A DNA stretch of 63,917 nt, counting the filler, from Catajapyx aquilonaris (lineage: Eukaryota), in NCBI GenBank assembly GCA_000934665.2. It is 4 parts of 4 records of this genome, joined end to end, with 100 filler letters (N's around TTAATTAATTAA, not from the genome) between each part and the next. Parts side by side here need not be neighbours in the genome. Positions count along the whole stretch, not along the records: positions 1 to 18,371 come from KZ539707.1; 3 more parts are not named here. One strand, written 5' to 3'. The position numbers and the translations under genes were made by a program. The notes under the pieces are model-generated. The model was not told the DNA's origin and ran no database searches. It saw only the letters and a list, made by a program, of their open reading frames with translations. Positions 1 to 11,400 of the stretch are shown here, one piece after another. Numbering within the stretch: position 1 is the first letter of the stretch; every line of letters begins with the position of its first letter.

Positions 1-458
1 GATTGAGAAATTCTTGTTATACGCCTATATTGGAGCACACACCAACAATAGTTGAAAAAACGATAATATTGTGTATATACTGTACATCTTGAAAGGAATC
101 ATTTCCACGGTGCACAGTGAGATTCGAAATCAAATTCCGCACCTGTTTGTTTCTTTTGAAGGTGTAGTGGAGTGTTTCTCAACCAAGGTTCTGCGAGCAA
201 TCGCCAGGATTCCACTAGAAATAGTAATGAGTAAGCTAATCACGGCCATGTAAATGTATTTTTGAGTCACTAATTGATATAAAATAATTTTTATATAAGT
301 GTTCCCTGAGACATGAATATTATTTCAAGGGTTCTGCAAGGGTAAAAAGGTTGAGAAACACTGGTGTAGTGTGTCATTCTCTTGCATTTATCATACTCCC
401 TATAATTATTTTCATTTCCAATATTGTGCTTGGTCAGTGTTAGGTATTTCTGAAATCA

Positions 459-1027
459 GTCTGTTATAGCCGAGGTCTGTTATTGCCATCTCGCCATTTT
501 TGCACCGAATACACAGGGTTTTCTGCATTCCATTTGCCTGTAATGCACACTACCGCATACGGATTGGTTTCTATCATTCTACCAAATGCGAAATTGGCTC
601 ATCCGTAAATAACGCAGGACCAAAAAAAAAAAACGTAATTTTTGCTGCCTTCAATTTTATCAGAAAAAGTATGACTTCGACCTTTTCGGCAAGTGTTATA
701 GATCAGTGACACTTGGGGAAATCACAGCCTTTCCAGTATGCAGTGCTTCAAGTGCTTTCCTCGCGTGGGAAGTAGACGCCGAGTAATCGAAAACAGCATA
801 TTTTCCCACAGAACTGACAGAAGGGCCAAAAAATTGTCTGTTATAGCCGATGTGAGGTGAAAAATGAGTCGGTTATATCCGGAGTGAATATGCACAGGGC
901 CTTTTGGAAGTATGCTGGGACCGGCCATACTGCCATATATGCCCTGTGTATCTTCCTACAACAGATCTCGGTTGTAACAGACTGAATTCCGCAGTCCATT
1001 GAAGTCTGTTATATCCGGAGGCTACTG
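459..1027. mobile_element. Tigger/pogo-like non-autonomous DNA transposon remnant
   Basis: Right end GTCTGTTATATCCGGAGGCTACTG followed by TA. The subterminal motif GTCTGTTATA(G/T)CCG recurs at ~459, ~836, ~870 and ~1004. Left terminus not recognised. Confidence 0.5.
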
Positions 1028-2011
1028 TAGTTGGAGATCTATGTAACCATGTAATGTTATTAATGCATGAAATGCAGTTATTCACGTATACTACTTCACA
1101 TACAGGCCTAAAGAACTCTTGTTTTTATCCCAATTCACCATGAAAGACTCAGTTTGCCATAAGATGGCAAATGCGATACTTGAGAATACATAAACAAATT
1201 GTCTAGATTCGACACTATGCACTCTACAGAGAAGATGAAAGTGTCGTCTTGAAGGACATTCTATGCTCTTTCGTTTATGTCCAGTTCACTTTCCATTAAA
1301 ACCGAGTCGTTTCCGTGATAAAAAATGTTTTTGTCCAACATATCCGATTTGGCCGCCATTTTTTCAAGATGGCGGCTTTTGGGGCGACCGGACAGTCGCA
1401 GACTGTGTTCCATCGTTTTCAGCGCCATTTTTTGCTATAGAATCAGTTGACACCATTTCTGTTGCAGTTTGTTCTAGGTCCATCAACAATTTGACTGGAC
1501 TAAATTGCCAGGAGAGGTCTCTGCTCCAGCGTAATCTAATAATGCAATACAGCACTTACACAATACAGTGTATTCATTTATATCCAGTAAATGAATTGGA
1601 ACCTTGAAATATGAATTTTCTGAATTCGTTCCAATGAGAGTAATCATAACTCAAGCTGAGTCACGACATCATTTACAGGTAGCCTAATATTACAAAAAAA
1701 AAAAGCCTCATTCGAGTGAAAATAAATCACTCAAACATTTCAGTCAATTTTTCTCAATGTTACTATTTACAGTTTTACGTAAGAACAATTTTGAGTTAAC
1801 TTCCGTCACCTAAAACAGCCTAAGTACGAAACTTGTCTGATTGATATTGCGATTTTTTTCGCACTAAGCTGCTGATATTATGAGCATATTTCCTTTCGGG
1901 ATTATCAAAAGTATTAGCTACTGATATTAAGTTGTCTGTACCCATCATTTATGAAGCCTGTTAAGGGGATCTGGTGTGCAAAAATTGATTCTATCATTCA
2001 CGTTTGCTGCC

Positions 2012-2092
<81 letters not shown>
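2012..2092 (+). repeat. (AAT)n microsatellite
   Basis: Directly visible perfect repeat. Confidence 0.98.
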
Positions 2093-2093
<1 letters not shown>

Positions 2094-2144
2094 GGACATT
2101 TTAGAATCGGAAATTCAGTGTTGCAATTCATCCTCATCATACGC

Positions 2145-3500
2145 TTTTTTTAATTTTTTAATTTTTTATTTTATTACCCCGTAACAGGGCGGGGCCCTTT
2201 TGGGGGGCATATGCTTTATTTATCATGGTCGGCCTGCAGCAACGGCCACTTGACCGACCAACAATGCCTTCACATTTCATTCATCCACATTTATAGACTA
2301 CACTCATACAAAAAAAAAATCACATATACGATATACCACACAAATACATTAAGAAATTATTTCATATCTGGAAAATAATACGATAGAAATGGCACAATAT
2401 ACTACAAACATCATTGCTCTTTCACTACAAGAAAATATGACCCAATATAATACTCAATATAATACATCATTGTTATCTCACTACCCACACTCGTTCTCCG
2501 CCCAGGGTCTACCCATCACTTTGTATATCCGTTTCTTTACCATTGCATGGAGGTACCGGCATAAGCCACCTCTCTTCCTAACATCAAGTAAAAACAACCG
2601 GCATGGAGGAAGAATAGAATAAACACAACTCTTCTAAATCTGTCACTTCTTCAACTCTCTGGACCCATAACAACCTCTCTCTATCCATGGCCCTCCAATC
2701 CCCCATTATAATTTATATGCATCAGACCCTCCTCAACCTCCCCACACAAATAGCATTTTCTTTCTTCCTCCCCTAACCACCTCCAATTGCTTCTGGTGAG
2801 CGTTCCACATCTCAGCTTTGCTAGGACCTTGAGGAATTTAACATTGCCCCTTTTCAAAATAATAGTCCTCTTCCCTGGTTCCTTTTTAAGGTACTTATAA
2901 GTCTGTCCAATTCTCTGAGGCATTTTATTCTGGCCCACCTTTCCGCAACCTTTCTGTCTTTTAGCTCATTTAGCAATCCTATCCTCTTTTCCTCCCAAGT
3001 CTTCCTCTGCCACTGCCACTCTTCGTCATCTTCAACACCCCATTCCCTTTCCTTTCTTTTTAAGTCCTTCCACCATAACCTCTTGCCATAACTGATTTCC
3101 CCCGCTCATCCTCATCATCTCCGTCCATATCCTCCCCAACAGAGTGTCTTGATCCATAGCCTACTCTCAATTTATTTTGGCCATCCAACGTAATCCCCTG
3201 CCTATTGCCGCCACCTCCACCTCTACCATATCCATTTCAGTCAATACAATGTATCCTGGGGTATTTTTGGACAGCTGAAGCCATCGTCTTATAAATCCCT
3301 CCTGAACACTCTCCATCTCCAGTGCTTGTCACATCTTCAATCCCCAAATCTCCGCCCCTTGCAAGAGAATGGTTCTGACCAAGGCATTATACATGATGTA
3401 TGTACAAACTCTTGACCACTCCCAATTGCTCTTTTTTTTCTCCGTACATACGCCCCATACGAGCTTTCCTCCTTAGATATTTGAGGTGTTCTAGAAACAA
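2145..3500 (-). mobile_element. Degenerate 3' portion of a non-LTR retrotransposon (LINE; RTEX-like, tentative)
   Basis: Broken ORF2 C-terminus: EMESVQEGFIRRWLQLSKNTPGYIVLTE and LAKLRCG..WLGEEERKCYLCGEVEEGLMHI (C-x2-C..H knuckle). The 3' end is CCCCCCAAAA-hairpin-CGGGGTAA followed by an A-rich tail at ~2145-2210. Confidence 0.75.
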
Positions 3501-3666
3501 CCCCACCGCCNNNNNNNNNNNNNNNNNNNNNNNNNNNNNNNNNNNNNNNNNNNNNNNNNNNNNNNNNNNNNNNNNNNNNNNNNNNNNNNNNNNNNNNNNN
3601 NNNNNNNNNNNNNNNNNNNNNNNNNNNNNNNNNNNNNNNNNNNNNNNNNNNNNNNNNNNNNNNNNN

Positions 3667-3730
<64 letters not shown>

Positions 3731-3732
3731 TC
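3667..3732 (+). repeat. (TC)n microsatellite adjacent to an assembly gap
   Basis: Directly visible; N-run at 3511-3666. Confidence 0.97.
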
Positions 3733-4647
3733 TAGCATTTGAAAATAATGTAACCAATCATTTACATGTAGTATGAAGAGAAGAGGGCTCAGGGGACAAC
3801 CTTTGCCTCACTCCCTTTGTCGTCCAGAATATCCTCCCCTCTATCCCAACCCTGTTTGTTGTTTCTTGATACATGTTGCGAAGAATTTTCTATCATGTTT
3901 TCCCCCTGATACCAATATCCCATAATATTTGTCCAACCTTTTAATCCTGTCTATGTTCCATTCGGCCTATTATTAGTAACTAATACTTTTGATAACCACT
4001 GGAAGTAATTATTACTCAAAAGGAACTGCTTAAAAGGAAGCAGCTCAGATCCCAGAAAAAGTCTATAACCCCAACGATCGTTTCAAATGAAACACCCTGT
4101 ACATCAGGGGTTCTTAAACTGTGGGTTACACCTGCCCTGGGGAGGTGTAGACAGGCTCCAGGGGAGGTGGGAGTTGCCTCACAAAACTAGAAATAGTTTT
4201 ATCCACATTTTCTGTACACAAAATTGGATGTCATTGTTGCCATGGAATTGTGTTAATATTACTTTAAGGAAACAACAAATCAGTAACAATCAATCACTCG
4301 GGCGTATGCATATCCGAAAAGGTTCGGACTTATGCGAATTGGAGAGTATTTATTTATTTATTTATTTGTTTATTTATTTATTTATTTGTTTGTTTATTTC
4401 GAGGGCAGTGCCCTTTTTGGGGGAGGAATTGGAGAGTATAGTAAGGGCAATGATCTTTTCAAACCCCACCCGCCCTCGCACCCCATTGGTTCCAAAAGTC
4501 ACCCAAGATGGCTGTCGCCCATTGGTCGTGATGCCACCAGTGGCGGCCGCCATCTTTGTGTTCTCGATGACGTCATGTTTGGAACAAGATTATTGATTTT
4601 CTTTCGTGCGGCCCGGAGTGGTTTCAAATGTGTCCACCACCTTGACA

Positions 4648-5451
4648 TTATTTAGAACAAAATTCTTCGATCAATTTGTCGCTATTTAGTAATATTAATT
4701 TGCTGCCAAATGAATAAAATGACACCAATTTAATAGGTTTATAGTCCACGTTCCGAATGATCCAAGGACAGGTATGCCCCCTGGGGGAAATTTTGGATTT
4801 CAGCTGTCCGCAACTCAAAAATGGCTGCATTACGAGAGCTTGTACTTTTATAATAAATTCTGGGCTCCCAGATTCATCCATGGTGGGAGTTGCACGCAAA
4901 TCCGTCATTTCAAACTATAGTAACAAGGAAGTAGGCCTATGTGCAACTTGGGGGCCAAATGACAGAGTCGTTCTATGCCAGTCAGTGCCGTACACCGGTA
5001 CACCCAACATTCGACACCCCATCCTCCCCAATCTGACCCTAAGAAATGGCTTAACTTACGGTCTGGTGGTGGTAGTGGACGAGACAATGGGCATGGACTT
5101 GTTTGTGCGCATGGACTTCTTTGTGGGCATGGACTTCTTTGTGGGCCTGTTCGACGAGATGCTCATCGGGGTTGCGGGCCTGTTCGACGAGATTCTCATC
5201 GGGGTAGCGGTACTGTTCGACGAGATTCTCATCGGGGTAGCGGGCCTGTTCGACGAGATTCTAATCGGGGTAGCGGGCCTGTTCGACGAGATTCTAATCG
5301 GGGTAGCGGGCCTGTTCGACGAGATTCTCATCGGGCGAGAGGGCGTGTTTGACGAGGTGATCGTCGAGGTAACCATCTTCTTCTCTTTCTCCTCTTTCCC
5401 GGGGTTCTTCTCCTCCCGGATGACATTTGTATACTTACTTCTGAGGTGCAT
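4648..5451 (-). pseudogene. Degenerate intronless ORF with an 11-aa repeat; probable mobile-element or viral accessory gene
   Basis: ORFs 5056..5451 and 4648..4908 are in the same frame, separated by two stops. Begins MHLRSK and contains (M/I)RISSNRPATP repeats. No recognised family. Confidence 0.4.
5143..5335 (+). repeat. 33-bp minisatellite, about 6 copies
   Basis: Unit GGGCCTGTTCGACGAGATTCTCATCGGGGTAGC repeated in tandem. Confidence 0.95.
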
Positions 5452-5829
5452 GATTGATGCTTGTGATGATGAGTAGAGTGTAAAAAGTATCGAGCAGACG
5501 AGGGGGATAAAACGCCGACCTGATCAGCTCGCACCAACGTTCCAACAGGCACGTCCGTACAGAGGGCGCGTTCCAACTGGAATGAGGTACCAACCGAACC
5601 GGTGATCGGGGTCAGCTACCTCTCCAATGGTGCCAACATCGCGCTCGAACATTATTCCAATAACATTTCGGTCCCGAATTCGAATCCAAATGCGATTAAA
5701 ATGCCAATCAATTGCAAAATGTTTTCAAATTAAAATTTACTGGCATATTTAAACCTATTTATTGCTTCTGACTCTGTTACCCATTGGCAATGAGAATACG
5801 GTACTGTAAACAATCACTCAACGAAAATA

Positions 5830-6150
5830 CAGTGGTGCCTCTTCCTTCGAACTTATTTCGTTCCAGGAGATCGTTTGAAGTCCGAATTGTTGGAAATCCG
5901 AATCAGTTTTTCCCATAAGATATAATGGAAAGTGAATTAATACGTTCCCAGGCCCTATAAACAATACCCATTTCGATAAACTTAAACAGTAAATACACAT
6001 AATTTAAGGTGAAAATAACACGATTAATGCCCTAAATAATGAATTAAAAATAAAACAATAAATAAAATACGTAAATACTGCATATTAAATTTAAAATGGC
6101 ATTTTATGTACCAGTGAGGAGTGGTCGTACGCGTGTGACTGGTAGAAGGG
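5830..6150 (+). mobile_element. Tigger/pogo-like element, left end
   Basis: TA-CAGTGGTGCCTC terminus followed by typical CGAACTT..TTCGTTCC..TTTTCCCATAAGA subterminal sequence. Confidence 0.55.
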
Positions 6151-6157
6151 TAGGTGT

Positions 6158-6431
6158 GTGGTTCCCAAACTTTTTTTGGTCACGGCCCACATCAGATAGG
6201 GAAAATATCTCGCGGCCCACCTAATGAGCCATTTACACCTCGTCACCTCCCTTATTGAGAGCTGCAAAAATCATGCTACACAATATATGTATTTTTTTTA
6301 CGTACTGTGCTCTTGCTCCTCATTTCGCAAGATCATTATTTCATAGTAAAAAAAAAAAAATTAAAGCTCGCGGCCCACTTGGAGAAGCCTCGCGGCCCAC
6401 TGGTGGGCCGCGGCCCATAGTTTGGGAACCA
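6158..6431. mobile_element. hAT-like MITE
   Basis: Inverted termini GTGGTTCCCAAACT ... AGTTTGGGAACCAC with internal CGCGGCCCAC repeats. Confidence 0.7.
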
Positions 6432-7199
6432 CGTAGAGGGCACATTTTTGGGAGTTCCACACGAGATTTTGTCTCAGAATAATTGGCCTCGGCGACAAAA
6501 AGGCACTTAAAATAGATTTCAGAATGGTGGGTTTTTGTCCAAGAGTTTGGTCACGATTCACATCTCCTACACCATTCCATATCTCGCCAGGCTGGGTTAG
6601 GATATGCAGTAATGCGGATATGCAGTAGGCCGGGGGAAAGGGTGGCTGGGTAGGTGGCCGGCGCGGCGGGGGGATTGCAGGTTTTGCCAAATTTAGGCTA
6701 CCGGTGCACTAGTTCCTAATTATTAGTATTTCTCCAAGTGTCATATCTCAAGGCGTTTTTGTCCTTAGTAATTGAGTTTTACTTGTGGTTTTATTCTGTG
6801 AAGCGGTGAGCTAAATGGCTGCATGGGGTTGTCTTGAATCATCTGATACCTTTTGTTACAATTGTGGAAAATATAATGATTTACTCCCCGACTTGGGTCT
6901 TCCTTACGATTAAAAGAACTTACTGGCTTCTGGTACGTACATCTCATGGATCAGAAACAAAGGACTAGTTTTATTCCACAATTTTCTCAAGATGGTGGCC
7001 TGTTTTACCGTAGCAATGTCCCTGCTGGTCTGATGGAGAACTTTAATATACAGTATGGCGCATGAACGAGTGGATGTTCTTTACTGACTCGAAAAGAAAC
7101 TTCAAAATTTGTAACGAAGTTAAATGGAGCCTGGATAGGGAATATGCCCAATGCAGAGTAGCAGAGTGGCAAGTGTGAAGGGACCGACCCAAATTATTA

Positions 7200-7580
7200 T
7201 ACAGTGTAACCTCGTCGCAAATCTGGATTGCCTGGCCCTTGCATAGGATGTTACAGCTCACAGCCAACTCCTTCCTGCAATTCATCACAAGCGAGGCGAT
7301 CGCCCATTGCCTAGAAAGGCTCGACTTGATGGGCACCCGCAACCTGGAGGCCCGCTGCGTCAAGGCGCTCACCGACCACTGTCCGACCCCAGTGTACTTG
7401 GACTTGTCCTTTACCAGGGCGTCCCACACCAGCATTTTCACCCTGGTGGCGTCCAGCAGGCGCCTATTGGAGCTGCTGCTCTTTTGTGTAATTGGACTAT
7501 ATCTTTCCCAATCTTACCTGCAAGAGCTGATCCACATGAGGCCAGAGCTCACTCTCATGTACGAGCAAGAATCTTCTTAA
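7200..7580 (+). pseudogene. Leucine-rich-repeat (F-box/LRR, FBXL-like) C-terminal fragment, frameshifted
   Basis: LERLDLMGTRNLEARCVKALTDHCPTPVYLDLSFT fits the cysteine-containing LRR pattern. An upstream NLDCLAL motif lies in a shifted frame at ~7237. Confidence 0.5.
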
Positions 7581-8432
7581 GAATTGATGTACAAAAAATC
7601 AGCTAACTCTTAAGATGTTAGTAACCCTCTACATACACTATAGTAGCAGCAACGTACAGTAAATGAAGGGTGAAGCTCCAAATGTGTACTTTGAACTTCC
7701 ATACTTAATCATTGATTATCCCTTAATTTGCATTCATAACAACTGGGCCTAAGACTGCCCCAAGTCGGTATCTGTGTCCATGGCTACAGCTGGTAAAAAT
7801 GCACGCCAACATGTTAGTATGTGCTGAGATTGGAGCCAGGTTGAGAACTTGTTTCAAGTGGAAACACTTCAAATTCTGATTCATCTTAGCAGAATTCCTG
7901 TGGGGAGTCATATCTCGCTTTCCATCACAAACACATATATTTATTCTTTGAAAACCAAATGAATTCACATATTTTTGAATATCAAACTTATTTTTAATGA
8001 ATAAGACATCACTGCTTGAACGTGACATTCACAGCTTGGCAGTTATAATTGTCTTCATATCAATAATTATGCTGCAAAATATACTTGACAACTAAACGGC
8101 AGAATGAGAAGAGTCAAAGGAGACAAATCATCGGTGTGCCAATAAAATTTGTGCATCCATAACTTATCTGAGTGCAAGAAAACCCTAAGAAAAGCTGGTA
8201 ATGTCCACAAAGTCATATGAAAATATCACATCATTAAAATAAAGCTGTACATAAAGTTAATTTCTACAAAATGCACTACTCTGACATAAATTAATTGAGA
8301 CTTGGAATGATACAGAAATGTCAGTGAAAAATTAATATGGCTGTTTTTTTTTCTTCCCCCCCTGTGAAGGGAGTCACCCCAAAATACTATCAGAAATTTA
8401 ATTATCACAATGCTCAATTGGCAACATTTCTT

Positions 8433-11400
8433 TCAACTCAGCTTGACATTCCCTAAACTGGAGTTACACAGGCTATAATAGCGCAGGTCATTCACAAAGC
8501 GGTGGATGTTCTGAGTGAATGAAGGCAGGTCCTGTGAATGAAATAAAACCATTGAGTAAACAAATATTGCTTGTACAGATAGCAGCACACAACACATCAC
8601 ACTTCCACCTACTCTCCGATTCACGTAAGTCTGAACCAGCCCACGGACACTTATACTACATTCTGGCGTTATCACCTGCCGAGGGATTACGCACCGGGTG
8701 CCCACTTGAGATCGCTACGAGACATTTCCCAAGGCTATCATGTGGCGACCCTACCGGACTAAGGCTGAACTTTACAGGTACGAAGGGGAGGGCTACATTG
8801 GGGGGCCCAACATGGCCGCCTCCCCTTCGTACCTGTAAAGTTCAGCCTTAGTTCGGTAGGGTCGCCACATGATAGNTGAGTCTTCAATAACCATGGTCTG
8901 AACCATGGTTTTAGAAGACTCAGGTTAGGTCACTCCCACCCACCCCCTGCCGAGGCATTTTGCAGGGGGTGCTCACCTGAGAGCGCCATGAGACATCCGG
9001 AGTCTCCGGATAAGTGGCGACCCTACCGGACTAGGCTGAACTTTATAGGTACGAAAGGGAAGCGCTACATGCGGGGCCAACATGGCCACCGGCGCCCATG
9101 TTGGGTCCCCCAATGTAGCGCTTCCCTTTCGTACCTGTAAAGTTCAGCCTAGGCCGGTAGGGTCGCCACTTATCTGGAGACTCCGGATGTCTCATGGTGC
9201 TCTCAGGTGAGCACCCTCTGCAAAATTCCCCGGCAGGTGATAAGATCTGAAGGTAGTATGAGTGTCCGGGGGCTGGTCTGAACCTTTTCGGATATCCATA
9301 CGCCCGAAAGTAGTGCCCCCCCCCATGCCGGGGCCTACCGCTCCTCACAACAAAATGTGCAGTTTGTGTAGCTCTGCAGCTGCCACATGGGCTGCCCATG
9401 ATAATTAGGCATTCGAATTACATGTACCAGCACTGTTTCTTCCAGAAAGCCAGCGATACCGGGGACTAATTTTGCGGCAGCTCACCCCCTCACAGTACAG
9501 GGTGTTCAGGAAAAACACCGACAAACCTATATCACCCCCGACCTAGGGACCAGACGATCACATTATGTAGATGAGTGATTATTCCTGGGCCATCTCATTA
9601 CCGCGCAAATTGCCTTCAAACAGGTAGTATAAAATATCCTGGAAGTTAGGCCACCCAACGAACCCTTCCCCAGTCAGAAGGGTCTGGAAGGTCTGGGGGC
9701 CGGACTTTGTTGGTTTGTTGCCCACAGGTGGTAAGGCCTCTATGGCTAGTTACACCTGTAAATTCCATTTAAAAGTCAGAAGGAGCGATTAGGCAAAAAT
9801 TGCTAATCAGCAACGAGTCAATTATCTCAGTAATGAGGCGGTGTAGACATAATGGGGCCGTCCAGATGGGCCAACCTTAGCCGCGGCTGGCCGCGGCCCT
9901 GGCGTCGGCCCCGGCTTGCGGAGCCATGGCTGGTCACGGTACCCGTTCAGACGGGCACATATTTTAATAACAGCCACCTGCATTTGTAAAAGTGGCCGGT
10001 AGTCATGGCAGCGACGAAAAACAAGTGACACGCAGCGGGGCCGTCCAGACGGGCCGACCTTAGCCGCGGCCCCGGCCCCGGCTTGCGGAGCCATGGCTGG
10101 CCACGGTACCCGTTCAGACGGGCACATATTTTAATAACAGCCACCCGCATTTGTAATAGTGGCTGGTAGTCATGGCAGCGACGAAAAACAAGTGACGCGC
10201 AGTATCCGTCGCCGAGGCCAAGCCGTGGCCAAGCAGCGAGCCAACTTCCAGGAAGTCGGCCAACTTGGCCAACTTCTGAGCCGTGGCCTGGCCATGGCCG
10301 TTGCCGTGTGAACCGTCGCGGCCTCGACCGGCTGCGGCTAAGGTCGGCCCGTCTGGACGGCCCCAGTATCTGTCACCGTGGCCAAGCAGCGAGCCAACTT
10401 CCAGGAAGTCGGCCAACTTGGCCAACTTCTGAGCCGTGGCCTGGTCGTGGCCGTTGCCGTGTGAACCGTTGCGGCCTCGACCAGCCGCGGCTAAGGTTGG
10501 CCCGTCTGGACGGCCCCAATGACTCCTCTACATAAAATGACCTTCACGTTACCATTGGCCACTGGTATCAGTTTGTCGGTGTTTTTCATGAATGTATATC
10601 CAAAAAGGTTCCGACTTATGTGAATTGGAGAGTAGCAAACCATCATGATAAATGGCAATTATTTGCATTCTCTTCTGCATCTTATTACACTTTACTACAG
10701 AGCCTGACTTTTATATTATTATTTATTTACAACGTGAATGAATTCCACTTCCTACGCCAGTGATTGTGAAGAGCAGAATTGGCAAGTGCCAGATTGTCAG
10801 ACAACTTAAAACCTACTGTTGAACCTGCCTCTTGCATGTTATAATAAATGAACTCTTTCTAGCTAGCAATAGCAGATCCCCTCAGATCCTCTTAAGTCCC
10901 AGTAGGTCTATTGTAGTGCCTCACCCAGTTAATTTTGAAAAATTTGTAATTCAGAAGAATAAAATTACGCTATTATAAAGTCAGGTCTCCTCTTGTTTAG
11001 AATTAAAATCTACACACACTGGTGTGTCCAATGCCACCCAGTTACATCAATGCACATCCACCCACCGTTTCCAGCTGGAAGTTTTGCCTGAGGAGCTCTC
11101 GTTGATGGTCATGCAGGCCATTGCAATTCTTGAGGAACTGAACTAGAAAACTGTAGTAAAAAACGTGAAAATCAACTGATGCCATGTTGTAGATGGCATT
11201 AGCCACTTCCTCCTTCAGCAGTTCATGTGTCTTAAACGTCAGTGTTTGCAGCCAGGTATTGAGGAAATGCGGCAGCATGGTTTGGCGGAAAAAGCTCTTG
11301 TGGTACAGTTTCCACTTTGAATTGAGGTTCTCCATAGCCTCCAGGTTAAGGCGGAAGATGCTGATGTCACTTTCCAGGAATGACTGGCCAAAAGCTTTCA

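Larger units (their letters stand above)
8612..10632. mobile_element. Composite TA-flanked TIR element in the last XPO6 intron
   Basis: TA|CTCTCCGATTCACGTAAGTCTGAACC ... GGTTCCGACTTATGTGAATTGGAGAG|TA. A further copy of the terminus is at 4300-4347. Confidence 0.7.

Noticed and set aside
3337..3757. ORFs with poly-ER/poly-SL tracts
   Set aside because: Artefacts of the (TC)n microsatellite and the N gap.
5143..5335. Regularly spaced repeats as a CRISPR array
   Set aside because: Units are contiguous tandem copies without unique spacers; eukaryotic context and no cas genes.
4757..5476. 239-aa plus-strand ORF with hydrophobic LFDEILIGVAG repeats
   Set aside because: Most likely the antisense shadow of the 33-bp minisatellite, which is stop-free in several frames; no family resemblance.
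6436..6712. Possible Helitron 3' end (CTAG|T at ~6709)
   Set aside because: No convincing subterminal hairpin and no second copy in the window.
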